From positions 203,794,001-203,858,000 of the forward strand of contig NC_042997.1 in NCBI RefSeq assembly GCF_006345805.1: DNA of 64,000 nucleotides, in the 5' to 3' direction. How positions within the stretch are numbered: the first letter of the stretch is position 1; each line of letters starts with the position of its first letter. Under the pieces are notes generated by a model that saw only the letters and a program-made list of their open reading frames with translations, searched no databases and was not told the DNA's origin. The position numbers were made by a program, and so were the translations under genes. This DNA comes from Octopus sinensis. Its lineage: Eukaryota. This document shows positions 25,601-40,400 of this stretch, piece after piece.

Positions 25601-28419
25601 ATGTGAACCTATGTGGCAAATTTAGTACTAATAAGACCATTATAACAACCAAGCAATCTACTGATTATAATAGGGATGATTATAGTGAGGTTGATAATGA
25701 TAATAATAACTGCTCTGCTGAGAACAGCTAGGGTTTTTGAGATTGGTTCTTGGGTATTGAATGTCTTCCACGATAATTAACAACTGATCATCAAAGCTTA
25801 TAATGTGCAGAAAGAGACCCTGTGAAACTCCCTGACAACAGGCTGCTGTCTGCTCTCACAGAATCAGCCTGAGCAGACAAGACCAAGCACTCTGAGAAGT
25901 AAAACAACAACAACAACAATAATAATAATAATGGCAATATGAAGTATAATAATAAAAAAATAATCTTGGGTTATATATAATGAATCTGAAATACCAAGCT
26001 TGAATAGGGAAAACACGTCCATATCAAATGTAACAAATCTTATTACAGAAGAGATTCCTAGATCAAAACCTAATATTGACAATAGATGGAATGTGTACTG
26101 CTCGGATGAAAAATCTCTCAGTAATAGGTCTAACTGGTTATGTAATCTCAAAAATCATCCAAAATAGCTTTTAAGCTATGATTAAAAGAGACTTAATATA
26201 TAAATGCTCAGTAACAGGGGAATCTAAATACTATTATGTAGATATTTGCACAACTAATTTGAAGTCAAGATTATAGAACCATGTTTCTTAATCCATGAAT
26301 TTCTTGGATGCACATTTATGACTATAACAATGCAGGTTAAACTATTTGAAAACTCAAATTTTAGTCTACACATGCAACCTGCCTTACTTAGGGAATAGTC
26401 TGAGAAGAATATATGACTAACCATCACACTAGAATGGTTCTTCATATTTTCATATTTGATTTTTAACATTTGTTTTTTACTTCATGGAGCAAGTTATAAA
26501 GCTTTTTGTTTTCAATGGTGTGTTTTTTTTAGAATTAATGGTTTATCATTTCTTATTCATTTTCATTGCCTTTAGATATTAATGCAAATGTTTATTTTCA
26601 GCTCAGAGTGCCTGTGCCTCCTCACCTTGTCCAGTAAATAGTAACTGTATTGACTTAGCACCAGGAAAATATGACTGTATTTGCCATGAAAACTACAAAA
26701 ATATTGGGCGTCGAAGATGTGCCCCGATCAATCCTTGTGCTATGAACAATGGTGGGTGTCAGGCAGAGAACTCATACTGTGTGTTTCTTGGCCCAGGACG
26801 GGTAAGTTAATAATTGAAAATAGCTTGTCAGCCGCTGTCAGATATCTCCTACCATGTAAGAGAAAATCTCTAAACCTGTATAATAATCAACTTGCTTCTA
26901 TTTTCATTTCTGCAGCTGAATAAATCTGCAAAATTTCAAGACAAGCAATAACCATATTGACCTCATCAACGGTAAAAGACCAGTAAAGGTTATGGATAAT
27001 ACTCCTCAGACTAAAATGCTAAATAAAAATTACGATTAGCCTTTATAAATGAACAAATATTTTCCTATTTATATGATCTTTAATTACTTCTAATCCTGAA
27101 CAACAGTTGGTAACCGTTATTTTAATCCATCAAAAACAGCATTCGTTTCTAGAATTGACTCAAAAGCATTTCATGGAAAGTAAGGCCATGATGTCAGCTG
27201 AGAAGAGCAATGAAGAGTCAAGCCTGTATATGCTCTGATGTGCCTCAGAAATCTCTGAAATTAGCAGGTAGAAGCTGAAGTTCTTTTTACAGAATTTTGA
27301 GGCTTATGATAAATTTCCAGAGATATACACAGTAAATATATCATATTCAGCTTAGAGGAATTTTTTACATTTATTCCAGGTATGTTTATTATTTATACAA
27401 GATTATATAATTTATTATATTAGTTTTTATATAACCTTGAATTGGTTGTGTTTTCTATGAGGGAAGGTCATGACATTAACATGTCCATTATAGTTACTGA
27501 CTTTTTCATTTCATCATCATTTTATTGTTGAACAACAGTGGGTTATATGTAGATCATTCATAGATTAATGTGCACTACTACAACTATATATGCACCATTC
27601 ATGGTTTAATATGCTCTCTCATATGAGCATTACTCACAGTATAAGATGTATGACTCATATGTATCACCTACAGACTAACATGCAACACCCCAAATACCCT
27701 GACTGAAAGCCCTAGGTGCAGCACCACAGACACTAATTAGGAACCACAGACACTAATTCAACTTTGAGAAATAAATTGCTTTTAAAATGATAATTTCCTT
27801 AGAATGGATTAGGCGGAGCAGGAAGATACACATGGATGTAAAGGGTCGCTGAAGAGGTCACAGATGTGTGACGAAAGATTTCCCGACAATAGACATACGA
27901 TAAAATAAGAAAACAAGAACAATAATAAACGAGTGAAGAACAAATATATGGTGCATGTGTTTATTTGTCAAAAAACAAAAACAAACGACCATTCTGATAT
28001 ATAACAATAACTGTTTCAACACACAATTTCACATCAGGAATCAGGCAAAGCAAATCCATAAACGTAATTTCCTAAGTCTATTCTGCTTTTTCCTCAGCAG
28101 TTGCTCAAATTTACCAAGTGTGCTTACTTTCCAGGGATTGTTCAGTTTTCGTATTTATTTCCCTGAACAATGTCCAGATTTGTATTTTACTTTCCAGAGA
28201 AAATCTCCGGATTTATCAAATGTGTCTACTTTGCAGAAAACGTTAATTTTTGTGTTTATTTTCCAGAGGCAATGTAGATGTAACGATGGTTATGAATGGA
28301 TTGATGGAACTGGGTGCCGTCTCAAAGATCTTTGTCTTACCAACCCATACCCGTGTCATAAATATGCCATGTGTAAAACAATTCCACCAGAAGAATTATT
28401 GTAAGTTGAAGAGAACTAT

Positions 28420-28481
<62 letters not shown>

Positions 28482-31400
28482 CTCTCACTTTCTCGCTCTC
28501 CCTCACACATACTCTCACACACACTCTTTCCCTTACTCTCTCTCACACACACTCGCTCTCTCTCTCCCACACATTCTTTCTTTCTCTCTCTCACAGAGAA
28601 ACAAATACAGTCTATCTCTTTCTCTATCACACATACACACTCTCTCTCTCTCCTTCTCACACACACATACACGTACACATACACACATACAGATACACAT
28701 ATGGTCAGATAGCTATACTTATAAGAACCAACAAGGGATTCGCCTCATGGTCACTCTGCTCGACTCGGAACCAAAGTTCCTTTAAATCACACTACAATGT
28801 TTTACAAAAGAAAGGACACACAGGACAATGTAGTTTGGGGGTTTTATTCCTGAGAAAAAGGTAAAAAGAGACATAACCACAAATTGGTCCACACCATACA
28901 ACTTTTTTTCCTCATAACTTCCCCAAAATTGCCTATTTTTTAACGAAAAATGCAGCAGTAACATTTCAAGATGGTTACAATTATAATGACAGCATTAAAA
29001 AAATTTTCTGAAGGATTTGTTAATAATAAAATGAAAACAATCGCAACAAAAACTGAATTGAAAAATAAAAAGTTCCAAGTAGCGTTTAGGGTGGTAGTGA
29101 AGTTCAAAATAGTGGTTTCGATACCTGAACAGAGATCATTACCCACCTCTGAATTTTTTGTGTCTTAATTGTCTTTAAATACATATTTTTTAAAACAACA
29201 TTTTGCAGACATATGCTTCCCTGAGTGTAGCTCATATAATGTTGATGCTGCAAACATATAAATTTGGGAAAAGTGAAAATACCAAAGACATGAAAATTGG
29301 TGGCAACAAGATAAAAGGACAAGAAAAAGAAATGATCCAACTCTCATCTAAACTCTTTTCTAAATTCTGTCCATTTTATTGTAACCTACATTCTTGAAAA
29401 TATATGGCTGTAAAATTTCTTTAAAGAATATCAATTTTTGACAAAGTTATGTAGAAACAAAGTCGTATCATAGTTAAGTCAAAAAAGGAAAAAATAAGAT
29501 AACTTGATGGTCAGTCATTATTCATCATAATTCTTGCTCAGTCAGGACTAATCTAGGACTAAACAACAGCAGCAACAATATATTCCTATACTCTTCCAAA
29601 AAACTGTTGCTGTGGTTGTTGCTTATCCTAAGTCAGTCCTGATCAAGCAGAACTATGACCAAAAACTATGATCCATTGCCTTTTTCTTTGACACACTCTT
29701 CTACAACTTCATTATTTAATGTGTGATGGAGAGAGATTTGATTGTTATTTCTACAAAGTCAGGTGACCATGCAGAGGTGCACTGGTTGGCTCACTATTAC
29801 TCTTGTTTAATCCCAGGTTAACTCCACTCGAACAGACTTCTGGTCAAGAGCATTGAATCTGTGGTCATCCTGCACTTTTAGGGCTAAGGTCATCGTTAGA
29901 ATCTGAACTGCCGTATACATGAGTGCAAGAGCATATACAAAAGTGAATCTGAATATGCTATGGTACTGAATTGTGTGTATATTCAAGTAAAGTACCAAAG
30001 TGCATATACATGTAAGTGCAATCTTCCAGTGAGTCTGAATATCGTGCAGTGAATCTGAATATGGAGCAATTGTGAATTTGCATTGCAAGGTGCTGAAAAA
30101 AGTGTTTACTCAATGTATAATTTCTGGCAATATATCTGTACAAACTGTGTACTGGTTGGTGCCTTGAAATTTCTACATAAAACTTGAAGTGTACAGATTA
30201 AAGAATACCTCTTCCAAAATGAATGCAACAATAATGGCTACAGTTTTTGCAAACCGGAATAATTTGTGACTAAATTTGTTGCAGTTGAGATTCTTGTTGA
30301 ATTGTTAATTGCTATTGATGTTAAGATCCAATTTAGCACTGATGAATCAAGCCTATCGTCATAGACGCTCCATCTTTGACCATCTCATCTTTTATATATC
30401 CATATTATGTTATTCACTGTCTTCTAAGGCAGTGATCAAGGCAGATTTGACTGCTATTTATAACAGCTCAAGTCTGGATGCAGAGACTTCTTTCATTGGA
30501 TTGCAGATGTTCATTGAGATGAAGAGAATTGATTGAGAGAGTTTGTAATTAACTAATTAACTCATTAATTACATAGCTCATTTAACTTTTGTCAATGGTT
30601 TTTGGCTTACATATTTTTTTAAAGTATGCAAAAATAACAAATGCTATGTGCTATAACAACACACAAAGAATGAAATAAAACAATTGTTCTCCATTTCTTT
30701 AAGGTGTGTCTGTAAAGAGGGATATATTGGGAATGGACGTACAGAGTGTATTGGAAATCTGGTCGATGTAAGTATTTTTCTAAAAGGTTCTTAATATTCT
30801 ACAGTAATTTATGTTGTATCCTTACTCCTGTCCCTTATCACCTTCTCCTCTTCTTGCTCCTTCCTGAATCCTATTTTCTTTCCTTTACTCCCCATTCTCA
30901 AACTGATATTTATTGTATCCACTTCTTAGCTGTTTAAGAATCTATAAGTTAGAAAGAAATATGCACTCATATATTTGTCGATAGAGTGGGTACATTAATC
31001 AATATTATATATCCATTACAGCTGATCTTACCAATCGGTTTTGCACAGGTGGTTCAACAGGATGTTAGGTAACAACATGATTATGTAACTCTATGCTCTT
31101 CAGAGTTGGCTGTTATGGAAGAAAATATGGCGTGTGTGTGTGTGTGTACATGTGTGTGTGTGTCTATATATATATATATATCAACATCATCATCATCATT
31201 TAACATCTGCTTTCCATGCTAGCATGGGTTGGACAATTTGACTGAGGACTGACGAACCAGATGGCTGCACCAGACTCCAATCTGATCTGGCAGAGCTTCT
31301 ACAGCTGGATGCCCTTCCTAACGCCAACCACTCTGAGAGTGTAGTGGGTGCTTTTACGTGCCAACGGCATGAGGGCTAGTCAGGTGATACTGGCAACTGC

Positions 31401-34400
31401 CTCACTCAAATGGTGTTTTTTACATGCCACCTGTACAGGAGCCAGTCCAGCAGCACTGGCAACGACCTCACTTGAATGTTTTTTCACATGCCACTGGCAC
31501 AAGTGCCAGTAAGGTGACGCTGGTAATGATCATGCTCGAATGGTGCTTTTTATGTGCCACTGGCATGGAAGCTAGTTAACTGCTCTGGCAACGATCATGC
31601 TCGGATAGTGCCCTTAGCGCTCCACTAGCACGGATGCCAGTCATCGAATTTGATTTCGATTTCATCGAATTTGATTTCGATTTCACTTGCCTCAACAGGT
31701 CTTCACAAGCAGAGTTTAGTGTCCAATGAAGGAAAGGTATGCATAAGTGGGCTGGTTACACTCTTAGCATAGGCCACGAGGTTATGGTCTCACTTGGCTT
31801 GCCGGGTCTTCTCAAGCACAGCATATTTCCAAAGGTCTCGGTCACTAGTCATTGCCTTGGTGAGGCCTAATGTTCAAAGGTCATACTTCACCACTTCACC
31901 AGGCTCCAATCTGATCTGGTAATGTTTCTACAGCTGGATGCTCTTTCTGATGCCAACCACTCCAAAAGTGTAGTGAGTGCTTTCTAAGTGCCACTGGAAC
32001 AGGAGCCAGTAAGTGGGCCTGGCATCAATCATATTCGGGTAGTGTTTTTTACATACCACCGGCACAGGAGCCAGTCAAGGGGTACTGGCACTGGCTACAA
32101 TTTGGATGGTGCTTTTTATGTGCCATCAGCCTGGGAGCCAGTCAGGTGGACCTGGCATCGATCATGCTTGGATGTTTTTACATGCCACCAGAACAGGAGC
32201 CAGTCAGGGAGCACTGGCCATAGCTACAATTTTGGTTTTACTTGATTCAACAGGTCTTCTCAAACATATCATATTGCCCGATGCATCAAGGGCTGCGATC
32301 TCACTTTAGTTGCCAGGTCTTCTCGATTACAGCATATATCCAAAGGTCTTGATCTCCTGTCATTGCCTCTGTGAGGCCCAATGTTCGATGGTCATGCTTC
32401 ACCATGTCTTCCTGGGTCTTCCTCTTCCACAGGTTCCTTCCACAGTTAGGGTGTGGCACTTCCTCACACAGCTGTCCCCATCCATACGTAACCCATGGCC
32501 ATACCAACACAATCATCTCTCTTGCACACCACATTTGATGCTTCTTATGTCCAGGGTGCTTACACTCTGTCGTGTATGCACATTGACATTACACATCCAG
32601 CGGATCATACTAGCTTCATTTCTTTCAAGCCTATACATGTCCTCAGCAGTCATGGCCCATGTTTCACTGCCATGTAGCATGGCAGTTTGCACACATGCAT
32701 CATACAGTCTACCTTTTATCCTGAGCAAGAGGCCCTTAGTTGCCAGCAGAAGTAGGAGCTCCCTGAACTTTGCCCAGAGTATTCTCATTCTAGCAGCTTT
32801 ACTCTCAGAATAACCACCCCCACTACAGATTTGGTTGCCTAGGTAGCGGAAGCTATCAACTACTTCTAGTTTTTCCCCCTTGCATGTAATAGAATCTTCA
32901 GTGTTTATTGCCCCTGTGCATCTGCCATACACAAAAACTATCTTCCCAGTTAACCTTCTATAATAATAATGAAATCTGCCTTAATACATAATCACTGACC
33001 ATATCTACATGCTTAGTTTGTCTACAGAATCTATAGTTGTAATACACTCTATAACAGATTGCCTCATTATTTTCATCATCGTTGTTGTCATAATCGCCAA
33101 CATTGTTGTTGTCGTTGTCCTCCCCCATCTTCACCCCCCTATCATCATCAACATCATCATCTTTTAACGTCCATCTTACATGCTGACATGGGATGAAGTG
33201 AGAGGATCTGATAAAATCATCTTGGGCAAGCCCCTAGGTTGATTCTCTTGAGTGGATTTGGCTGACGGAAACTGAAAGGAGTCTGTCGTGTATACATGTT
33301 CGTGCGTGTATGTTTGTGTGTGTGTATGCACACATGCATGTGTGTTTCTTTGTCTTGACCTCGTATGATAGTTGTAAACGAGAGTCACAAGCATATATGC
33401 AGTGTCATTCTTGCCAGTCTTCTGTGAATTTGTATTCTGGTCATAGAGAACTGATACCTTCCTTAGAAAAAGATAAGGGTTGGCAACAAGAAGGGCATCA
33501 GGCCGTAGAGAGATTTGCTTCCCCTGATTCCATCTAACTCATGCAAGCATGGAAAGTGGATGTTAAAACGAAGATGGCGATAAAGACGATAATGGTGGTA
33601 ATGATGATGATGATGATGATGACAATGATAATGACGACAATGATGATGATGATAGTGATGAATTTGCTGCAATTAGCTGGCAATTAAACCTTGTTCTCTA
33701 AAAAATCATTCTTCACGCTTCCTTTAGCTTCTTAAATATTCACATTACCATTAAGACATGATTCTTGTTCAGGTAACAATTTTTTTATTTCCTCATAGCA
33801 AATTGCAGACATGAATGACGAAGATGAAATTGGTAAGAACCGGTTAAATAATTTCCTAATGATGCTGCAAAAAGTCTACAAAGGTGAATTAACGAAACAC
33901 GGGAATTATACAGTTTTTGTGCCATTAGACCGTGGCTTTAGTAACTTGCTTCAGGACACTACTGTAAGTAAGCTTTCAGATATTATTGCTTAGAATCATA
34001 TTTCTCTCTTCTCTCCTCTCTCCAATCCCTTGTGTGTGTATGTGTGTGTATAGATGTATGTTTTCGCGGTGAGCTGGCAGAAACGTTAGCATGCCAGGCA
34101 AAATGCTTAGTGATATTTCGTCTGCTGCTATGTTTTGAGTTCAAATTCCGCCGAGGTCGACTTTGCCTGTCATCCTTTCGGGGTCGATAAATTAAGTACC
34201 AGTTACGCACTGGGGTCTATGTAATCCCTTTGTCTGTCCTTGTTTGTTCCCTCTATGTTTAGCCCCTTGTGGGCAATAAAGAAATAAGATGTATGTTTTT
34301 GCTCTATTTGTATATAAGTCACAGACCAGAGATTCAATTCATTTCAGTTTTATCTGAGTGCATGGTATTAATAATCCAAAATAATGATGAAATATTGTTA

Positions 34401-37400
34401 TCTACCATTCTCAGATTCAATCCGAGGTGAGTTGTTTCACCTGGTTCATGGTATTTAGGTGTTCTTTAATACCCAGCCTTGTGTAGGGAGCTATATCGGA
34501 TATTATCCTGCAGCAAATTTGGTGTATAAACAAAACACAAAACTTTGTTTATTATGGTATTATCAAAATTTGCTTATTATAATTATTTGGAATCTTTCCT
34601 GCTTGGCTGCACCTGTGGAAATTTTAATGTTTAGTGAAAATTTTAAAATTTGATGTATTGGTGTGATTTTCCATGCTGAATCTCAGGAGATACTTCACAG
34701 TTCCAGAGGTTTAAATTCTAAGGATTTTTACCTGGTCAGAAAACTGGATTTGGAAGCTGTCATTTTATGCATGACAGCAAGTGTTGTCAACTGTAAACAG
34801 ATGAAATATTGGCAGAATTCTACTTTATGCATGTCTCATATAACCCATCATAACTTTTTTTTTCCTAATTTTCAGAGAATTTTTGTGAATTTGTATTCTA
34901 CACAGGGGAATTCATATAATTATGCAAAAACCCCAAAAAAAAGTTTGCATGTGTGATTTAAGGTCAATTTAGCTGTTATATCTCATACCACATGTGTTTT
35001 AAGTATGTCATGCTGCATGTGTTTTAAGCATTTAATAAGCGACAAAAAGAACACATGGTAAATAGCTTGGTAACAGCTTGGTTTGTTACCAAAGAAACAG
35101 GTACCTATATGTCTGTGACTTTTGACTGGCTAAGATTACTCACAATTTGCAAATTTTAAAAAGCTGTTAACTCTTTATTTATTGATTTATAGTGAAAATG
35201 AATATCATGTCAATGATCACTTTACAAAACTACACCAATATACCAAATATGAAATCAAATGGAACAAAAATTAAAGAAACTGAAACGTGCCAACCAAACA
35301 GAAAAGATCTGTTATTTGTTTATCACATTATTATTCTCATTAAATTCCAATCTAACATGTGTTTCTGCTGGAATTTAATGAGAGTAATGCTATAAAAAAC
35401 AAATTTTGAAGATGTATAATTCTCCATTCTTGTTTGTGATGTCTTGATTATATACACTGTATACTGTGTGAAATCCAATGAAGTGAAGTTGGGAGTTACT
35501 TATTGAGTGAAGCACCATTTAATTGTCTATCATTAGCAATTCTGTACATTTCCTATCATTCGATGTGGTTAGCGAGATCTTGATTATATCAGAATGCTAA
35601 TAAGTGACCCACTCAGATTCCAAATCAATTTTCACTTCGAATTTTGTGTAAACTGGCCTTGCAAACAGAGTTGGTACAGAAACAATTGTAAATGATCATT
35701 AAAGATGTGTTAAAGTATTTCTTTGTCTTATTATTTGGATTACACACACACTCTCTCTCTCTCTCTCTCGCTCTCTCTCTCACACACACACACATGTGTA
35801 ATATATATATGAGAATGATAAGTTATTAACTGTTTCATAAAGTGGTCAATGAGATGAAAAGTTTGCTGATTCATGGGTCAAAATCATATTTGAAAAAAAA
35901 AATGATTATTAAATATTAAGATATTCACTTTAGGATGATTTAATTTCAGAGTAAAAATTATTTGCCAACATAACATGGCAGTCCTGGTTTAGGACGAATG
36001 TTGCTGTAATTTAGTCCCAGGAGACATTGTCTCCAGCTGGCTATGTGTGTCTTTATATTTTTCAAACAAGGGAATCTAGCAACCCTACTCATCGTTCGAA
36101 AATATAAAGACACAGATCATGTTGTATAGCCAGCTGGAGACAATGTCTCCTGGGGCTAAATTACAGCAAGATTCGTCCTAAACCAGGACTGCCATGTTAT
36201 GTTGGCAAATAATCTTTACTCCAAAGTACTGTTGCTGAATATCTCTTGTTGTGAGATTTACAAATCGTAATTTTCTGATTTAATTTCAGTTTGGCAAGTT
36301 TCTGGAAAATTCAGACCATGTAAGACAAATTCTACGCCAGCACATTTTTCCTGTAAGTGTGTATATAGATGATCTCACAGACAACACGTTCTATACATTA
36401 CAAGGAAACTTTGCCCGCTTCTTTTACAAGGTAAAACAAAAATTTAGTTTTCAATCTCTGATCAGAATATCAAAAGTAACACATCTTGAAATGTGTCGTA
36501 TTTGAACACAAAGGTTATAAATCCAGATACACTTAGTATGTGGAAGTTGTGAGGTTCATGCATTTTTGAAGAGGAGTAAATTGTCATTCTATACAAATGT
36601 AATGAGTGTTTCACTGGCATAAAATTACTTTTCTTCTGCAAAAGTTCTGTGCTATTTTGATGATTCTGGAGCAAGATTTTCTTCTTAACCCTTTTGATAC
36701 CAACCCGGCAGAAACCACCCCTGGCTCTGTAGTACAAATGTTTGTTTTCATAAGTTTTGAATCAAAATCTTCCACCAAACTTTAGTCGCAATTTACATTC
36801 CTAACATTAGCTGAATGATAACTAAGTTATTTTACTAAACTCTTTGTTATATTTAAAATTAATTGAAAGAAACACAGAACATCTCAACAGAAATATGGTA
36901 ACAAAAGGGTTACCAAATGATTAATTTAACCATTTTGATTACCACCCCAGCTGAAACTGCCTCTGTTTAGTAAGTTATTTTACTAAATTCTTTGTTATAT
37001 TTAAAATTAATTGAAAGAAACACAGAACATCTCAACAGAAATATGGTGACAAAAGGGTTAACAAATGATTAACTTAACCCTTTTTATACCAACTTGGTTC
37101 AAACTGGCTCTGGCTCTGTAGTACAAATGTCTTGTTTTCAAAAGTTTTGAATTGAAATCTTCCACCAAACCTTAGTCACAATTCATGATCCTAACACTAA
37201 CTTAATGATAACTAAGTTGTTTTACTAAATTCTTTGTTATATTTAAAATTAATTGAAAGAAACATAAAATATTTCAACAGAAATTTGGTGACAAAAGGGT
37301 CAAAGCTTATATAATAGTATATGTATATGCATATATATATATTTGTGTCTTTTTGTCTTGATGTCATCATCATTGTCATCATCATCATCATCGTTTAACA

Positions 37401-40400
37401 TCTTCTTTCCATGCTGGCATGGGTTGGACAGTTTGACTGAGGACTGGCAAGCCAGAAAGCTGCACCTGTCCTGTCATACAAGCAGTGTCATTCATTTCCA
37501 ATATTGTGCGAGAGCATGTCTGGCCATGGGATAATATTACTCTGCTTGAAAACAAGTGAGGGTTGGTGACAGGAAGAACATCTGGTAGTTGAAAATATGC
37601 CTCAATAAACTCCATCCGATCCATGCAAGCATGGAAAAGAGGATGTTAAAAAGAGGATGATGATGGTGATAATGATGATGGTGATGATGATGATAGGATC
37701 ACCTGATACTGTTGGGAGGAAGAGAGGAAGTTATTTTCAGGCTGAAGATGTATTGCAAATGCTTGCTACAGAGTAGACCCTCTTAAATATACTAAAGGTA
37801 GTGGTGGTATTAAACTGGGTGATAAATTCAGTTAACCACTCCAAAACAGAATTGGTCTTTCTACACAGTTCTGTTTCCCAAATTTCACTCATAAGATTTG
37901 GGTCACCCTGACATTGCAGTAGAAGATTTTGGCCCAAAATAATATGCCAAATGATAGAACTCAAACCATGACATTTGGGAACAAACCTCATGACCACATA
38001 GTCATGCTGACACCCAAGTTATAAACTCCAGAATATGAATGCGTGTTTCATCATTATCATTATCGTTTAACGTCCGTTTTTCATGATGGCATGGGTTGGA
38101 TGGTTCGACTGGGGTTTGGGAAGCCTGGAGGCTGCACTAGGCCCCAATCTGATCTGGCAGTGCTTCTACAGCTGGTTGCCCTTCCTAATGCCAACCACTC
38201 CGAGAGTGTAGTGGGTACTTTTTATATACCACTGGCACAGGGGCCAGAGGAGCTGGCATCGACCACATTCGGATGGTGCTTTTTAAGCACCACCAGCATG
38301 GAAGCCAGTCAAAGCGGCACTGGCATTGGCCACATTCAGATGGTGCTTTTTATGTGCCACCAGCATGGGTGTTACAACTACAATTTCCATTTGATTTGAT
38401 TTTGATATTGATATTGATTTTACTTGACTCAATAGGTCTCCTCAAACATGGCATGTCGCCCTACGATCCAAGGTACTTTTGAGTTGACTGGTTATGTGAC
38501 ACTGGTGTAGGTTACAGCTGTGAACTCACTTTATTTGCCGGATCTTCTCAGTCACAGCATACCTCCAGAGGTCTCAGTTTTTTGTCATTGCCTCTGTGAG
38601 GCTCAATGTTCAAAAGTCATGCTTCACTACCTCATCCCATGCCTTCCTGGATCTGTTATTATTTGTATTTCTTCCATAACAATTATGTATATAATTGTTG
38701 CTTCAGACATGAGGAAGAATTTTATTTCATCCAAGAATATTTAGAACAAGAGCTCCAAAGTTTGCCATGATTTTAGTAAGAAATATACCCAGAAATATAT
38801 AGAAGTATTTGAAAATATGTTTCAAATAGTATGATAAAAGTTGCATTTGTATATCATGTGCTGAAATAAATATTTAAATCTAAGAGAATATAAAGCTGTG
38901 TATCTTTTTGAGGAATTTACTGATTTTAGAATCTCTACTTCTCATTCTAGGGTAAAAAACTAATTTTAAAATTCCAAGGTTCAAGCAGGCGAAGTCGTGT
39001 GCTTGCTATTTATCGTGATATTAGAGCCTCAAATGGACTGATCCATATCGTCAACAACCTTATGATGAATGAACCAGAAATACCAGGAAACCTCAATGTA
39101 AGTTGAATTTATATCTATTTTAATCATCCTTAAATGCATGATTACCTTTGATGTAGCTTCAATAATTACTCTGTGCTGGTGCCACGTAAAAAGCATCCAT
39201 GCTGGTGCCACACACATAACACCTGTGTTGTGCCACATCAGAAGCACCTAGTACACTCTGTAAAGGAGTTGGCATTAGGAAAGGCATCCAACCATAGAAT
39301 CCTTGCCAAAACAGACAATTGGATCATGGTACAGCTCTCTAACCTGCCAGCTCCTGTCAGCTCGTCCTACCCATGCCAGCATGGAAAACGGAGGCTATAG
39401 GCTGCTAATGATGAATCAGTAATACTGGCAAGGAAAAACACATGAGCCAGTGTGGGAGTAGCTATGAAATAGTTGCCAAGTCTCCCTCAAATCACACAGC
39501 ACCCACTAAAATTTGAGGCAGATACTTAATGAAATAAGTTGATGTAGGAATGGAATTCCCTGTGTAATATGTCAGCCATGGCTTATTATGTTATTAAAAC
39601 GAAGTTGATTACGATAGACCAAAAGAGAAGAAATTTGAAATATAGCACAGAACAACAGCAGTTGTGTCAAAAAATTCATAGTCACAAAAATGTGGTAGAG
39701 TTCATATTAACAGAAAAGCTCACAAGGAAATAAATATAGAATTAACAGTGACCATTGAAATTCCAGGATTATTTTGAAGATGGAACTTTACATTTTTCTG
39801 CAGCATTTGATTCATGAAATGGTGTAAAAATCCTCTTAGGTAGCATTTTTTTCAATTGCATGAACTAAAAGTTGGAGGAGGATGGAATTAACTACCTGCA
39901 TCAACTTGCTATAAAAGCAGGTAGTAAGTTTACTTTATCCTTATTCTTAGTGAAAGTTTTGAAGAGTGCAGTTCAATTTTAACAGTTATTTTTTCAAAGC
40001 TATAATGGGAGTGACAATGGAGCATATTCGGCATATTTTGCTTTATGAGTTCAATAAGGGCAACAACGCAATGGAAAGTGTGAGGAATATTAATGCAGTA
40101 TATGGGGATCGGACAATAAATGTAAGCCAGTCTCAACGGTGGTTCCAGAAATTCTGAGTCAGAAACTACAGCCTCAAAGACAAGCCTCATCCTGGAAAAT
40201 CTTTAGAGCTCGGCGAGGACATCCTGCAAACCCTGGTGGAACAAAATCCCATCATAGCTGTTGAGGAATTAACAAAGAAGCTTGGATTTGGTCATTCAAC
40301 CATTCATTGGTACCTGTATACCATCGGAAAAGTCAGCAAATTGGGTCAATAGGTTCCTTACAAACTTTCTGAGTCTAATCACATGCAGAGAGTGAATGTG

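Noticed and set aside
25380-26250. Possible degenerate coding relic
   Set aside because: Asn/Lys-rich with many stops and no identifiable motif.
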